Shown: in pieces, positions 7,719 to 18,213 of the stretch | How the letters are laid out: every line of letters begins with the position of its first letter | Position numbering within the stretch: position 1 is the first letter of the stretch | Program-made: the position numbers and the translations under genes | The notes under the pieces: model-generated | Databases searched by the model: none | What the model was told of the DNA's origin: nothing | What the model saw: only the letters and a program-made list of their open reading frames with translations | Origin: Planctomycetota bacterium | GTDB taxonomy: Bacteria; Planctomycetota; SZUA-567; H5-PLA8 | Length of the DNA: 64,000 nucleotides | Assembly: GCA_038227875.1 (NCBI GenBank) | Contig: JBBRPR010000035.1 | Location: 1-64,000, forward strand | Reading direction: 5' to 3'

Positions 7719-8831
7719 ATGAAGAACCTTCGCCATCTCGCCGCAGAATTCCGACGCCCCGCCAGCATCATGGAGGCGACGCCGAAACTTTACGGCTCAC
7801 TCAAAAATTGCCACAGTCGAGTCAGCGCGTTCCGATTCGGCGTGTTCGCGGCCGGAATACTCGGCGTACCGTGGGCTGCTACCGCATCGCGCGAACTTTG
7901 GGAACCCAGCGCGCTGATGACCGAATCGACCAACACCGCCGGCGGCGCGCTGGTCCCGGATGAGTTCCAAGACGAAATTATCGTGGCGCGCGAAAAGTAC
8001 GGCGTGATTCGAAAGTACGCGCGCGTCTGTCCGATGGCCAGCGAGACCTTGCGCGTGCCGCGACGCACCGCAGGGTTGACGGCGTACCCCGTCGGCGAAG
8101 GCGTCACCGCGACCGAGACGACATCAGCATTCAATGGTTTCGGTTTTGTCGCGAAAAAGTGGATTACACTTCTGCGCGCGAGTTCTGAGCTGTCGGAAGA
8201 CGCGATCTCCGCTTTTGGCGATTACATCCTGGGCGAATTCGCATATTCGTTTGCCGTCGCCGAAGACAATGCTGGTTTCGCTGGCGACGGAACATCGACC
8301 TACGCGGGAATTACCGGACTGAAAAACGCGCTTCTTGGCGGCTGTGTCTCCACCAGCGCGGGGACAACCTGGGCATCGATCACCGCGGCCGAAGTATCCG
8401 CGTGGCTGGCGTTGAGCCTGGACTACGAAGGCGCGAAGGACCCCGCGATTTACTGCAGCAAGGCTTTCTTTCACGCCGTTCTCGAACGCCTCGCGATTGC
8501 TTCGGGCACCGCTTCCGGATTGCAAATCGTCAACGGTTTGCCGCAATACTTTTTCAATGGTTATCCAGTTCGATTCACCAAGTCCACGCCGACCGCGACC
8601 GCCGTCAACACGATCTCCGCGTACTTCGGCGATCTGTCTCTGGCCGTCGCGCTTGGCGACCGCCGGCAGGTAACCGTTTCATCCACCCTCGAGGGAAGCG
8701 TCGGCGGACAATCCACCTGGGAGCGCGATGAACTCAGCATGAAGGCCACGGAACGAATCGACATCGTTTGTTTTGAACCGGGCACCGCGACTGTTGCCGG
8801 GCCGGTAGCGGCGCTGTCAACCCACAGTTAA
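7719..8831 (+). CDS. Phage major capsid protein, HK97 fold
   Basis: STNTAGGALVPDEFQDEII, VGEG, SSELSED, EDNAGFAGDG, GYPV, YFGDLS; AAGGAG RBS. Confidence 0.9.
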   Translation: MKNLRHLAAEFRRPASIMEATPKLYGSLKNCHSRVSAFRFGVFAAGILGVPWAATASRELWEPSALMTESTNTAGGALVPDEFQDEIIVAREKYGVIRKYARVCPMASETLRVPRRTAGLTAYPVGEGVTATETTSAFNGFGFVAKKWITLLRASSELSEDAISAFGDYILGEFAYSFAVAEDNAGFAGDGTSTYAGITGLKNALLGGCVSTSAGTTWASITAAEVSAWLALSLDYEGAKDPAIYCSKAFFHAVLERLAIASGTASGLQIVNGLPQYFFNGYPVRFTKSTPTATAVNTISAYFGDLSLAVALGDRRQVTVSSTLEGSVGGQSTWERDELSMKATERIDIVCFEPGTATVAGPVAALSTHS

Positions 8832-8843
8832 CGGAGAAAAAAC

Positions 8844-9158
8844 ATGAACCTGACCAACGCCGAACAGGCAGCGCTTTTGAAACTGGCGCACAAAACTATG
8901 GACGCCGAATCGCTTTCCCCGGATGCGCTGCAGCGTCCGGACGGCACCTGGATCTTCGACCGCATCCCGGCCGGCACGCCGTGGTCTGACGGCCACCCGG
9001 TCCTCGATCCGGTCGAGCTGGCGCAGTGGCACCTGGCGAAGAAAAAAGAGCAGGCCGCACAGGCCGCCGCGGACGCGCGGAAGCACGATGACTTCTGCGC
9101 ACTAATGGCGCGCGACCACGCCAACAAAATGAAGTTTTTCCAGCCGACACCTCAATAG
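8844..9158 (+). CDS. Hypothetical protein downstream of capsid
   Basis: GGAG RBS; starts 12 bp after the capsid stop. Confidence 0.65.
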   Translation: MNLTNAEQAALLKLAHKTMDAESLSPDALQRPDGTWIFDRIPAGTPWSDGHPVLDPVELAQWHLAKKKEQAAQAAADARKHDDFCALMARDHANKMKFFQPTPQ

Positions 9159-9925
9159 CGCCGTCCGGCGCCCGGCGCGTTCTCTCCACGGCGCGCCGAT
9201 CAGATTCGGGAGTCCCACCATTACGCCGGATCAGATGGACACAGCAATCCGTCTGGCGATCATGTTGAAGGATGATGACTTCATTCATGGAATCTAACCC
9301 GCAGCGCCGCTTCGCTGATCCGAATCATATTTGGGTCTCCAGAGTTGATCCACGCTACGCCCGCCCGTTTAGCGCGTCAACGCCAGTACCCCGCCATTTG
9401 CGCAGCGTCGACCGTAGCGCGGTTCCTTTACGGCTTGCGTCCAAGCGCCGTCCTCATGGCCTTGTACGCTTCCCACGGCGCTGCAAGGGTCTCAAAATCG
9501 TATATACTCGCGACTCCAGCTCTACCCAAGACAACGCGCCTCGGTAGCGTTCCGCTTCTGTTCATCCATGCGTAGAATCGCCCCCTCGCCAACTCTGCGT
9601 GAAAATCACTCATGCCCTGAGTTTTCAAGAACTCGACGAGTGTCCCTTGCTGGCTCATGAGCCCAACGGTACGCCCCGGATGCCGACGGGTCAACTTACA
9701 CATGCCTTTCACCGTCTGGCTCTCGAAATCTCAAACGAAAGTGTTAGAGACGAAGCTGCGCTCATCGAATCCCGCATCCGTGACTCGGAACGAGCGTTTC
9801 AGGTCCTACAGGCGCGCCGGCCGCCTGGAAGCACGGACGTCCGGCACGTATTTGATTCCTGTAGGTATCTTTGACGGAGCGTGTCGACGTCAGCACGTGT
9901 GAGTCAGATTTCCAGCAGGCAAACA

Positions 9926-9949
9926 ACGTAACAAACTCACGTAACAAAC
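9926..9949. repeat. Direct repeat ACGTAACAAAC x2; candidate integrase arm-type sites
   Basis: Copies at 9926-9936 and 9939-9949, about 55 bp inside the att core. Confidence 0.5.
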
Positions 9950-10004
9950 GACTCGCGCCGATTCCATAAAACCATACACCATATAGTATTTATCTATTAC
10001 GCAA

Positions 10005-10049
10005 CAGACTCTGACTCTGGGTATCTTGGTTCGAATCCAGGCGGGGCAA
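10005..10049 (+). tRNA. 3' half only of tRNA-Gln(CTG); att site of the integrated element, not a complete tRNA
   Basis: Anticodon arm CAGA-CTCTGAC-TCTG, T arm CTTGG-TTCGAAT-CCAGG, acceptor strand CGGGGCA-A. No D arm or 5' TGCCCCG upstream. Confidence 0.8.
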
Positions 10050-10138
10050 TTCTAAACAAACTTGCGTGAGTACGCCGTTCCAGCGATCCGCTTTGATAAC
10101 ACGCGGATCCAGGCGGAACTGTAACTCTCCGCTGCAAT

Positions 10139-13100
10139 CTATTTCTCGAATGCGGACGCCGATCCGGCGACTCGCGGCTGGTTACCCGACTTGCCATCGA
10201 GGTCAGTTCCCAACCCAGGAGCTCGATGAAACCGAAGGTCTGTGTCCGATGGGGCGAGATGAACGTCTCCATTCGCGGCGTCCACAAAGTTTACGATTTG
10301 ATTGGCTGTATTTGCTTCAATTCCGTCGCCTCCATCCCAACGAACTGCCGTCGCGTCGGTCGACATGCAATGGAACGCGCAACCGGGTTCTGAATACGCA
10401 GCATCTCGAAAGCCTTCATTCCTGGCCTCCGGTGCGGCCAGACAATTGATGAATTCCACGCCTTGCTGATTCGCCGGATCAAACGTCTTCGCGGTACAAT
10501 TGATAAACGCCACGCGCATGCGCGGATGACTTAATTTTTCCTCAGACTTGGGTTTGTAGTAGCTGTCTTTGCAATTGACCATCAACGTGCTGGGCGAGGT
10601 GTTGACGACTCCGCGTGTGTTGCCAGCGGAGAATAGAGCGCCGGCCGAATTGGCGGTCAAGGCAGCTTCCATGAGTTTCAGATTTCCGCCCAGCAGCCTG
10701 CTCACCGATGCGCCGGGTCCGGCCGTGACCGTGGCGGCTGCGTCGACGATCAAGCCTTCGAGCCGCACATGCGGCATGGCTGAAGCATCAAGATCGCCCT
10801 TCAGCATAAAGCCGCCCAGTCCTTTGGCGTCTTTCATCCGGCCGGTGTGGCCCTGTCCTTGCGCCACGCGAATGACCGGACAGTGAACCGCATCCGTAAC
10901 CCAGCCGGTCTCCCCGACCGACGCTTGGATGGCATCCGCCAATCCTTCGGGCCAGTCGTTGTAACATTCAGCCACGGCCAGATAGATGGGCGAGCCTGCG
11001 CTTTCGACGTCGAAGCTATGTCCGGATGCGCACTTTACAACGCCTGCTTGAATCGCACCCTGGCAACCGGAAACATAACAAATGTTGCGCGCGTTGAAGC
11101 AGCGGAGTGTACCGGCGCCGCCGCCAGTGAACGTCACCGGCTTGCCAAAGTCGCTGGCATCGCACGTGCCGCGCGCCTTCGTGACGAAGAGCAACGATTT
11201 TCCGGAAGTTCCAGTGAGGTCGCTGCGCACTGCGGCCTCCCAACTGGATAGCGAGGAGAAATCGCCCTCGCGGGCGCGAATGGCGCAGACAAATGCGGCC
11301 GGTTCGCCGGCAGTCACGTTGACCTCGACGCTGGCTCCAGCCAACCCGCCTTGATTGTCGCGCAGGAGGAGTTGGACGACGTATTTTCCAGGCTCGGCGA
11401 AAACGTGATGCAGCACCGACCCCCGGGCCAAGCGCCCGTCGCCGGTATCCCACAGGCATTCGACGATCTGCCCGTTCGCGGCGGTCGATTTCTGGGCGTT
11501 GAATGTCACCGCCAGCGGAGCGGCACCGGAGAGCACACTGGCTTCGATCGCAGCGGTGGGCGCGGCGTTTTCAGTGATTGGAGCGGGCTCGGCGACGAGC
11601 TCCACTCCGCTGAGCATCGGTTCACCGGCCGTGGCTTTGAAGTCGATGTCGAGCGCTCCGGCGATGGATACGCCCTTGAATTCCCGGACGAGTTCCCGCT
11701 TGGGTCCGTTGGCCGCCTGAACCACGTCGAGTGCTTTAAGTAACGGCTGACCCTGAAGACTGACATCGAAGACACGCTGTCCCGGGCGCGCGCCGTCCAT
11801 TTCGGCAAAGTGCAGCCGCACGGTGTAGGGGCGATGGGCGGCCATGGCGCCGCGCGCGGCATCGAGGTATAGCGGCGTATACTGCGCCGTCAGCGGGCTG
11901 CTGGAAACGCTGATATTGATCAGCAACTGTTCCTTCCAAAGGCCAAGATCCGCCAATTTCGACCAGGGGATCGCCATCTCCGCAGTGAACGGATCCACAC
12001 CGGCAGGAGTTCCAGGGGCAGCGGGCGAAGCGGCGTAACTCCAGTCCTTGGGATCCAGTCCGGTGGATTGCTTGTTCTTGTCGGTGCCGGTGAGGACCAC
12101 ATCGTCGAGTTGCCGTTCACGACTGTTGAGCGTCACCGTCAGGGTCTTGAACGCATGGGGGCCGTAAAGCGCATGGGTGCCGGCCGCGACGTACAAGTTG
12201 TTATCGTCGTAGCGGAGCTGGGCGAAACAGTGGTCGTCTGGCTTGGATTGGCCGTTGTCTTTGTCGCGATCAATTGCGCATTTGTTCGCCGTGATGATCA
12301 GGTGCGGCGAGTCTTTCCAGCATTCGTCGTCCAGATTGCCGTCAATTTTAGGCGCGACCGCCGTGCGCTTCGCGACAGCGGGCTGCGCCAGATGAACGGT
12401 CAATCCGGTCATGCCTTTCACGCACGAGGCGGCAACCCAGGTGTGTCCTGAATCACCGGCGGACTGTTCCATTTGGGCGCTGTGGTGGTAAACGCTTTGA
12501 ACCGGGCCGCGGTAGCTGACCGGTACCAGCGGCAACGCTTCCGGCGTGGCATCGAAGATGTGGCTGTTGCGGCCGTAGCGTCCGGCATAGGGGTGATGCG
12601 TCCAGAGCAGCCCCTCGTCGAAGCGATCGCCCGGCGCGCCAAAATTCACGCCGATCCGCCGCACGGGGAGTTCCTCAACGGGATTGCTGGTACGCACGGA
12701 TTGATACTTGAACCAGTTCTCCTCGCCGTCCATGGGCGCCACCGTGAAGTTACTGAATTGCATCGCCGCCGAACAACCGCAGGCGCTGCCCGGAACAGGC
12801 GTGGCGGTGACAAAGAGCCAGCCGTTCCACATGAATGTTCGGCCCGGACAGCCGCCGGCTTCTGGGAAGAACAGCCGACCCCAGTAATGTGACGAGGCAT
12901 CGAAGAAAGAGGACGTCTTGCCGTGCGTCAGACCGAAGTCGCCGTAGCGGGAGAAGGTCGCAGAGCAGGAACCGTCATTGCCGCTGGCAGGCACGCCACA
13001 GAATTTTTCAACGGTTCCATAAAGCGGATTGGGGAGCGATGTGTAGACCGACTGTGGCGTGGAGACAGTGGCAGCGGTCGGGTAGCCCTTCTCGCCGCTG

Positions 13101-15505
13101 AAATTCGGCGGCGAAGGGACGCGACCGGGCATTTTCGCTTTCAACGGCAGCCAGGAGAAGAGGTCCATCCGTTCCCACACTGTGGTCAGTGGATTCCAGC
13201 TCGCCAGTTCGGGCATGCTGCCGAACTCCACCACGCCAAACGGCGGCGCCGGCCGGAGTTTCTCGTCGGGCAATCCGGTGCGCGCGATCCGCGTAAATTC
13301 GCCGGCGCGCGTGACATCGCACAGCGGCATCGACTTGGAGCCTGCCACGAAAGCCGCAATGGCCGAGTGCTGGGCGTCCGTGGTGGGCAACCAGATCTCA
13401 CCGCCAAAGGGTCGCGTATACGTGTAGAGACGCTCGACTGCCGCCGGACCGCCGGCGAGGCCCGCGGTCGCGAAGTCTTCGCAGACAATCAGGGCGGCCT
13501 GGCAGGGCGCGAATTTAAAATCCAGCGGCGCTCCTTCCAGTGTGGAGAACCGTTCGGCCAGCACTCCTGCGTTGTCCATGCTGTCGTGGAGTTCCTGAAG
13601 TTTGCGTGAGTCGGTGCCGACGGCCACGACCATTAGCGAGGACTGTAGAGCGAGCTCCTGCGCCATCCGTCCATCACGTACTCCGATGACCAGTGCCAAA
13701 CCTTGTTTGAGATCCTCGCGGCTGAGTATGGTCTTTACCGCGATGGCCGCAGCGTCGCTTCCGGGCTTGAGCGGCGTGGCCTTGAGCGGGTGGACGGCAG
13801 CTTGCGCTTGTTGGGGAGAGAAGCAATAGAGGCTGCCTTCGGCGGTGGTCACAAAAAGCTTCCCATCGCCGGCCAGCAAGCTGGCCACTTTGCCGGTGAC
13901 GCCGAGTTCGCGGACCGTGTCGGGGGTGAATGTCTGGTCGCGGACCGTGATAGTGAGCGGTTCGGGGATGGTATGAAGGCCCTTGCCATTCACATACCAG
14001 CCATACTCGCCGCTGCGCCGGGTTTCAGTGCCTGCGTCGTGGCCGCTGCCCGCAAACTTGAATCCGACGCCGAAGTGACCCATGAATTCGCCGCTGGCGG
14101 TGTCCACCATCCACGGCCGGCCGGCACCTTCCACAGTTCCATAGACGCGGGTGCCATCGTACGAAACCGCCAGCGGCCCAAAGGCGGATGTATTCCACAT
14201 GTCGGTGATGCGGCCATCATTGACCCACGTGACGGCGCCGGTCGCGGCATCGAGGCAGTAGGCATAGAGACCCGTAAAGGGGAGATATCCTGCGGCGACA
14301 TAGACTTTTCCGTTCGAGAGAACTGGCGATGCCCAGATCGGCCAGACGGAACTCAGCCGGCCGAAGCCCATCGCCATGCGGTTGTTGGGAGCGGCGTGGA
14401 ATTTCCAGCGCACGGCACCATCGGCGGCGTTCAGACAGTAGACCCAGCCATCGTCACTGCCGAAAATAACGGCGCCGCCGCCGTCGGGCAGCCGCATGGC
14501 GGCTGGCGGGCGACGCACCGCGCCACTGGCATAGTAACGCCAGCGTTGTTCCCCGCTGTCGGTGTCGAATGCGGCGATGCAGTCACTCGCAGTGATGGGG
14601 ACGAAGAGCATCTTGCCCAGTTGTACCGGCCGGCAATAGTCAATGTCGACATAGACGCCCTTGCTACGCGCAGAAAATGGACTGCGTGTCGTCGGCAATT
14701 CCCGGCGCCAGAGCAGGCTGAGTTTGCCGGGAAGACTCATGCTGCTAAATCCGCTGCGCCATTCGTCGGCGCGGTATTGAGGCCAGTCGCTGACGCCGGC
14801 CTTCTTGACCAGCACCCAGCACGAACGCGTGGGAGTCGAGTATGTCTGTCCCCGTGCGGCGCCGATGGCAGCTTTCTTTGTATACGTCATGTTCCAAGTG
14901 AATACGTCGCTGCCACAATAGCCCGGCTCAGGAGCGTAGCGAAAGGCCGAGCCCTCCAGCGTCACCGCGCCGTGCGCGGGCCGGTTGAACTGGATGGCTG
15001 AATCGTAGCCGGCTCCACCGAAGTAAGGCGCGGGCACAACCACCGGCGTATTCTCGATGGCCAGTGTCGCGGGCTGGTCCTGTGGATCTGGAGGCGCTTC
15101 CGTCACGGTGATGGTGACTGTCACTGTGTTGGATTCAACCGTTCCATCGGTGAGCTTCCAGGTGAAGCTGTCGCTACCGACGTATCCCGGATCGGAAAAG
15201 TAGTTCGCGGCTGCCACATTGGAGCCGCCAGGAAGCGCGGCGGGCAATTCCACCCGGCCGTGTGTCGTCTTGGATACGACGATAATGGGGTAGGAGTTGT
15301 GCCGGCTCTTGGGCACCTGGACGATCGTCATCCGGACCCGCGACGGCGTCCCTGAGCGGACGGTCTCGGAAGAATCTTTCAGCAGATGGGCGAATTCCGC
15401 ATCGGGTGGAGGTGCGTCGCCGGCGAGCGCGGCCGAAACGAAGAGCAATGTACTGATGATGGCAATGGCGCCGATGGCTGGAGTGGCAGTGATCCGTGTG
15501 CTCAC
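10139..15505 (-). CDS. Large secreted multidomain protein (Ig/cadherin-like, PQQ-like propeller, methyltransferase-like fold, CBM9-like, malectin, PKD, C-terminal beta-helix-like)
   Basis: Signal peptide; GYVGSDSFTW Ig repeats; DWPQYRAD and SDDGWVYCLNAADGAVRWKF; YTVRLHFAE..PGQRVFDVSLQG malectin; WDTGDG PKD. Confidence 0.8.
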   Translation of the reverse strand: MSTRITATPAIGAIAIISTLLFVSAALAGDAPPPDAEFAHLLKDSSETVRSGTPSRVRMTIVQVPKSRHNSYPIIVVSKTTHGRVELPAALPGGSNVAAANYFSDPGYVGSDSFTWKLTDGTVESNTVTVTITVTEAPPDPQDQPATLAIENTPVVVPAPYFGGAGYDSAIQFNRPAHGAVTLEGSAFRYAPEPGYCGSDVFTWNMTYTKKAAIGAARGQTYSTPTRSCWVLVKKAGVSDWPQYRADEWRSGFSSMSLPGKLSLLWRRELPTTRSPFSARSKGVYVDIDYCRPVQLGKMLFVPITASDCIAAFDTDSGEQRWRYYASGAVRRPPAAMRLPDGGGAVIFGSDDGWVYCLNAADGAVRWKFHAAPNNRMAMGFGRLSSVWPIWASPVLSNGKVYVAAGYLPFTGLYAYCLDAATGAVTWVNDGRITDMWNTSAFGPLAVSYDGTRVYGTVEGAGRPWMVDTASGEFMGHFGVGFKFAGSGHDAGTETRRSGEYGWYVNGKGLHTIPEPLTITVRDQTFTPDTVRELGVTGKVASLLAGDGKLFVTTAEGSLYCFSPQQAQAAVHPLKATPLKPGSDAAAIAVKTILSREDLKQGLALVIGVRDGRMAQELALQSSLMVVAVGTDSRKLQELHDSMDNAGVLAERFSTLEGAPLDFKFAPCQAALIVCEDFATAGLAGGPAAVERLYTYTRPFGGEIWLPTTDAQHSAIAAFVAGSKSMPLCDVTRAGEFTRIARTGLPDEKLRPAPPFGVVEFGSMPELASWNPLTTVWERMDLFSWLPLKAKMPGRVPSPPNFSGEKGYPTAATVSTPQSVYTSLPNPLYGTVEKFCGVPASGNDGSCSATFSRYGDFGLTHGKTSSFFDASSHYWGRLFFPEAGGCPGRTFMWNGWLFVTATPVPGSACGCSAAMQFSNFTVAPMDGEENWFKYQSVRTSNPVEELPVRRIGVNFGAPGDRFDEGLLWTHHPYAGRYGRNSHIFDATPEALPLVPVSYRGPVQSVYHHSAQMEQSAGDSGHTWVAASCVKGMTGLTVHLAQPAVAKRTAVAPKIDGNLDDECWKDSPHLIITANKCAIDRDKDNGQSKPDDHCFAQLRYDDNNLYVAAGTHALYGPHAFKTLTVTLNSRERQLDDVVLTGTDKNKQSTGLDPKDWSYAASPAAPGTPAGVDPFTAEMAIPWSKLADLGLWKEQLLINISVSSSPLTAQYTPLYLDAARGAMAAHRPYTVRLHFAEMDGARPGQRVFDVSLQGQPLLKALDVVQAANGPKRELVREFKGVSIAGALDIDFKATAGEPMLSGVELVAEPAPITENAAPTAAIEASVLSGAAPLAVTFNAQKSTAANGQIVECLWDTGDGRLARGSVLHHVFAEPGKYVVQLLLRDNQGGLAGASVEVNVTAGEPAAFVCAIRAREGDFSSLSSWEAAVRSDLTGTSGKSLLFVTKARGTCDASDFGKPVTFTGGGAGTLRCFNARNICYVSGCQGAIQAGVVKCASGHSFDVESAGSPIYLAVAECYNDWPEGLADAIQASVGETGWVTDAVHCPVIRVAQGQGHTGRMKDAKGLGGFMLKGDLDASAMPHVRLEGLIVDAAATVTAGPGASVSRLLGGNLKLMEAALTANSAGALFSAGNTRGVVNTSPSTLMVNCKDSYYKPKSEEKLSHPRMRVAFINCTAKTFDPANQQGVEFINCLAAPEARNEGFRDAAYSEPGCAFHCMSTDATAVRWDGGDGIEANTANQIVNFVDAANGDVHLAPSDTDLRFHRAPGLGTDLDGKSGNQPRVAGSASAFEK

Positions 15506-15537
15506 GTTTGGACCTCCTCGAGACCGCGACGTTGCGA

Positions 15538-16782
15538 TCAGCGGCCCTGTAACGATTGCGGCTGAGCTGCGGTGGACTGCGTCCCTGCGCCCTGCCCCGC
15601 GGGCGGCATGAAAATCATCGGCACGCCCACGCGAAGTTGGAGCCGTTTGGGCCGCTGAATGCGCGAGATCAATAGCTCCGCGGCCGCCGTCCCGAGCTCG
15701 CGCCCGTACGCGCGAATCGGCAGTGCTGCGCCGCCATACCCGCTGTCGGTGACGCCTGCACCCACCAGCCGAATTCCCTTTTCAGAAAAACAACGCATCA
15801 GCCTTTCAGCCTGTGTCACGCTGTGACAAATGACAGCTTCAGGACCCTCGTCGGCCGGAAGTTCCAATAGGCGGCGCGCCAACTCTTCGTCCTTGACGAG
15901 CCACGGATTCTCAAAATGAGCCCAGCGCTCCGGTGACGCCAATCCGCATTCCAGCATGCCGTGCCGCCAGGCACTCATGCGCATTAAACTGTCGGGATCG
16001 ATGGCCATACGCCCCTGGCGGAATTCCGCCACTTCCTCACGCGTCATGGCTGGCGATGGCGCGGGAATGCTGACAAATCCACCCACAAAGTGAATGCGAC
16101 GCAGCCCCTTTTCCGAAAGGTACCGTATCAGCGAACGGTGAGCCGGAAATGGGTCGACAAAGACCTGGTCGGCTTGCAGCGCGTACCGTTCGTCCGAGTA
16201 GTCAGCGAATACGCACGGTAACCCGCGCGCAATCAAGGCATCGAGAAAGGGCTGCTCGAGGATCGAGACGGTGATCACGCCGTCCAGTCCGGCTGCGTCA
16301 ACTTCCTCGAGCGGCGGATGGCGAACCTGCGACGCAAGCGCTTCTCCCATCGCCACCAGGCTGACCGCTCGTCCCGGGAGACTCCAAGCGCTGCACGTGG
16401 CCTGGTGATGACCGTGAGCAGGCCAGTCCGGCTGTACGTCTCCCAGTCCCAGAACGTCGGCGATACCGTTGATGATATGTCCGTGAAATCGATTCATCAG
16501 TGCGTCGGGATTCAGATCTTTCCGGCACAACACCCCGATCCGTAGTTTTCGCCCAGGAAGGATGGGAGTCTGCTGCCGTTCAGCGACAAACGATCCACTC
16601 CCCTGGCGCCGAACAATCAAGCCCTCCCGCTCCAGGTCTTTGAGCGCACGAATGACCGTCGTCTTATTGACGCCCCAGCTCTTATGGAATTCGCTGTCTG
16701 GTGGTAATTGCATCCCGGGCGGATAGGTACCGTCAAGAATCCGCTCGCGAACGCTTTCAAAGATATGCAGATGCTTCGCCAT
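15538..16782 (-). CDS. GntR-HTH plus LacI-type sensor domain regulator
   Basis: ILDGTYPPGMQLP..WGVNKTTVIRALKDLEREGLIVRRQGSGSFV. Confidence 0.85.
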   Translation of the reverse strand: MAKHLHIFESVRERILDGTYPPGMQLPPDSEFHKSWGVNKTTVIRALKDLEREGLIVRRQGSGSFVAERQQTPILPGRKLRIGVLCRKDLNPDALMNRFHGHIINGIADVLGLGDVQPDWPAHGHHQATCSAWSLPGRAVSLVAMGEALASQVRHPPLEEVDAAGLDGVITVSILEQPFLDALIARGLPCVFADYSDERYALQADQVFVDPFPAHRSLIRYLSEKGLRRIHFVGGFVSIPAPSPAMTREEVAEFRQGRMAIDPDSLMRMSAWRHGMLECGLASPERWAHFENPWLVKDEELARRLLELPADEGPEAVICHSVTQAERLMRCFSEKGIRLVGAGVTDSGYGGAALPIRAYGRELGTAAAELLISRIQRPKRLQLRVGVPMIFMPPAGQGAGTQSTAAQPQSLQGR

Positions 16783-16918
16783 CGTTCTCAACCTCAAGTC
16801 TTAAAAATACATACCCCAAACAATCAATTGTCTTGTTTAAATAAATTGATTTATTTTAAATCATTTTTATATAATAGTTTACAATATTAATGGGACGCCA
16901 AGAATTCGAGCCGAACTG

Positions 16919-18010
16919 CTACTTGCCTCGATTGACCAAGCGCAGTTTCATTGGAATTCGCGTGAACGAAGCCGGCAACCGGGGATCTGCCTGCCGCTGC
17001 ATCAGGCGCAAGATGCACATCTCTGCCAATTCAGCCACGCTCCAGATGACTGTTGGCGGGATCCAATCGAGTTGGAGTTTTTGCGCAAACTCCGTTTCAA
17101 AATCTTCTTCTGTCGACCAACCCACCCACTGGAAGTCGACGCCCGGTTTCAGTCCAAGTTCGCGCGCCGCAGTGTGAACGGCCAGTCCGTAGCTTTGCCA
17201 CGGCGCGATTATGCCGTCGGGGCGAACTTTTCCCGACAGCAATTGACGCGCACAGTTCACAGCGGCAGCGTGGTCGCCCATCGGTGCGCTGACGCATCGG
17301 GCGGCATCCAAGGATAGTCCGCAGCGCACAGCGCCGGTGACGGCTCCGCCAAAACGCTCCGCAATCTGCGGCGTCGTGGCCTTTAGCTCCGGGCCGATGA
17401 ACGCCAATCGTTTACAGCCCTGCTCCGCAAGGTATTCCGCCGCCAGAATCGCGCCCGCAAATCCGTCCTGAACAACCGTGTCCAGCGCAACACCTTCCGC
17501 CCACGCATCGGCGAGCACGATGGGAATGCCCAGGTTCGCAATCGTCCCAATTAACTCGCGATCGGCGCTTTCGACGATGACACCGCTGGCGCGTGCGGCC
17601 TTCAGATGCGCGGCGATGTCACCACCGGCGCGCCCATTGCTTTGAATGCAGAGCATGGAGCGCGCACGCTGCCCGGCCGCGTCCTGCATTTCGCTCATGA
17701 TGCGGCGATAGAACCATTCGGCTCCATGACTGGCCGGTTTTGCAATCACCAGCGCCAGGGGATAGCCATTTTCCGGAGAATTGACGCGCCCCAACACGCG
17801 ATGTCCGCGCCGGCTTTCCGGCGCAATCAGAGCCTCCGCCTCAAGAATCTTCAACGCCCGACGCACGGTCTTTCCACTCACTTTGTATTGTTGGGAGAGC
17901 GCGCGCTCGCCGGGCAGCAGTTGTCCGGCTGAAAATTCTTCAGTCAGCAATTTCTGACGCAGAGTGTCCGCGAGTTTTCCGGATAGCCTGGATGTCAATG
18001 TGTTCATCAT
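16919..18010 (-). CDS. GntR-HTH plus LacI-type sensor domain regulator
   Basis: GQLLPGERALSQQYKVSGKTVRRAL; AAEYLAEQGCKRLAFIG. Confidence 0.85.
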   Translation of the reverse strand: MMNTLTSRLSGKLADTLRQKLLTEEFSAGQLLPGERALSQQYKVSGKTVRRALKILEAEALIAPESRRGHRVLGRVNSPENGYPLALVIAKPASHGAEWFYRRIMSEMQDAAGQRARSMLCIQSNGRAGGDIAAHLKAARASGVIVESADRELIGTIANLGIPIVLADAWAEGVALDTVVQDGFAGAILAAEYLAEQGCKRLAFIGPELKATTPQIAERFGGAVTGAVRCGLSLDAARCVSAPMGDHAAAVNCARQLLSGKVRPDGIIAPWQSYGLAVHTAARELGLKPGVDFQWVGWSTEEDFETEFAQKLQLDWIPPTVIWSVAELAEMCILRLMQRQADPRLPASFTRIPMKLRLVNRGK

Positions 18011-18213
18011 AAGCTCATGCGCTTCCGACCCTCGGTACTTATTAAGACAGAGGGATATCAGAAGGAATGCAGTTGTCAATATCGCCTTGTTGCCAACTCG
18101 AGATTTTATAGTGATAATCTGAGCGATTTTTCTTCAGTAATACGCGTGACGGTGTATCATCAAGTGAGCAATGCAGATAGGAATACAGAAGGATAGCAGA
18201 CGGGGGATTTCGC

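Larger units (their letters stand above)
1..10049 (+). mobile_element. Right arm of a tRNA-Gln-integrated phage satellite-like or defective prophage element (left part outside window)
   Basis: Co-oriented primase, helicase, RuvC, HNH, TerS, S49 protease and capsid genes, ending at a duplicated tRNA-Gln 3' half. Confidence 0.85.

Noticed and set aside
6735..8831. Encapsulin nanocompartment operon
   Set aside because: Context (TerS, HNH, primase, att site) is viral and no cargo enzyme is adjacent.
9160..9925. Integrase or defence cargo near att
   Set aside because: Only short conflicting ORFs on both strands with no recognisable motifs; 9428-9661 (minus) may be real but is unsupported.
9975..10049. 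Complete functional tRNA-Gln
   Set aside because: No D arm or 5' acceptor strand; only the 3' half is present.
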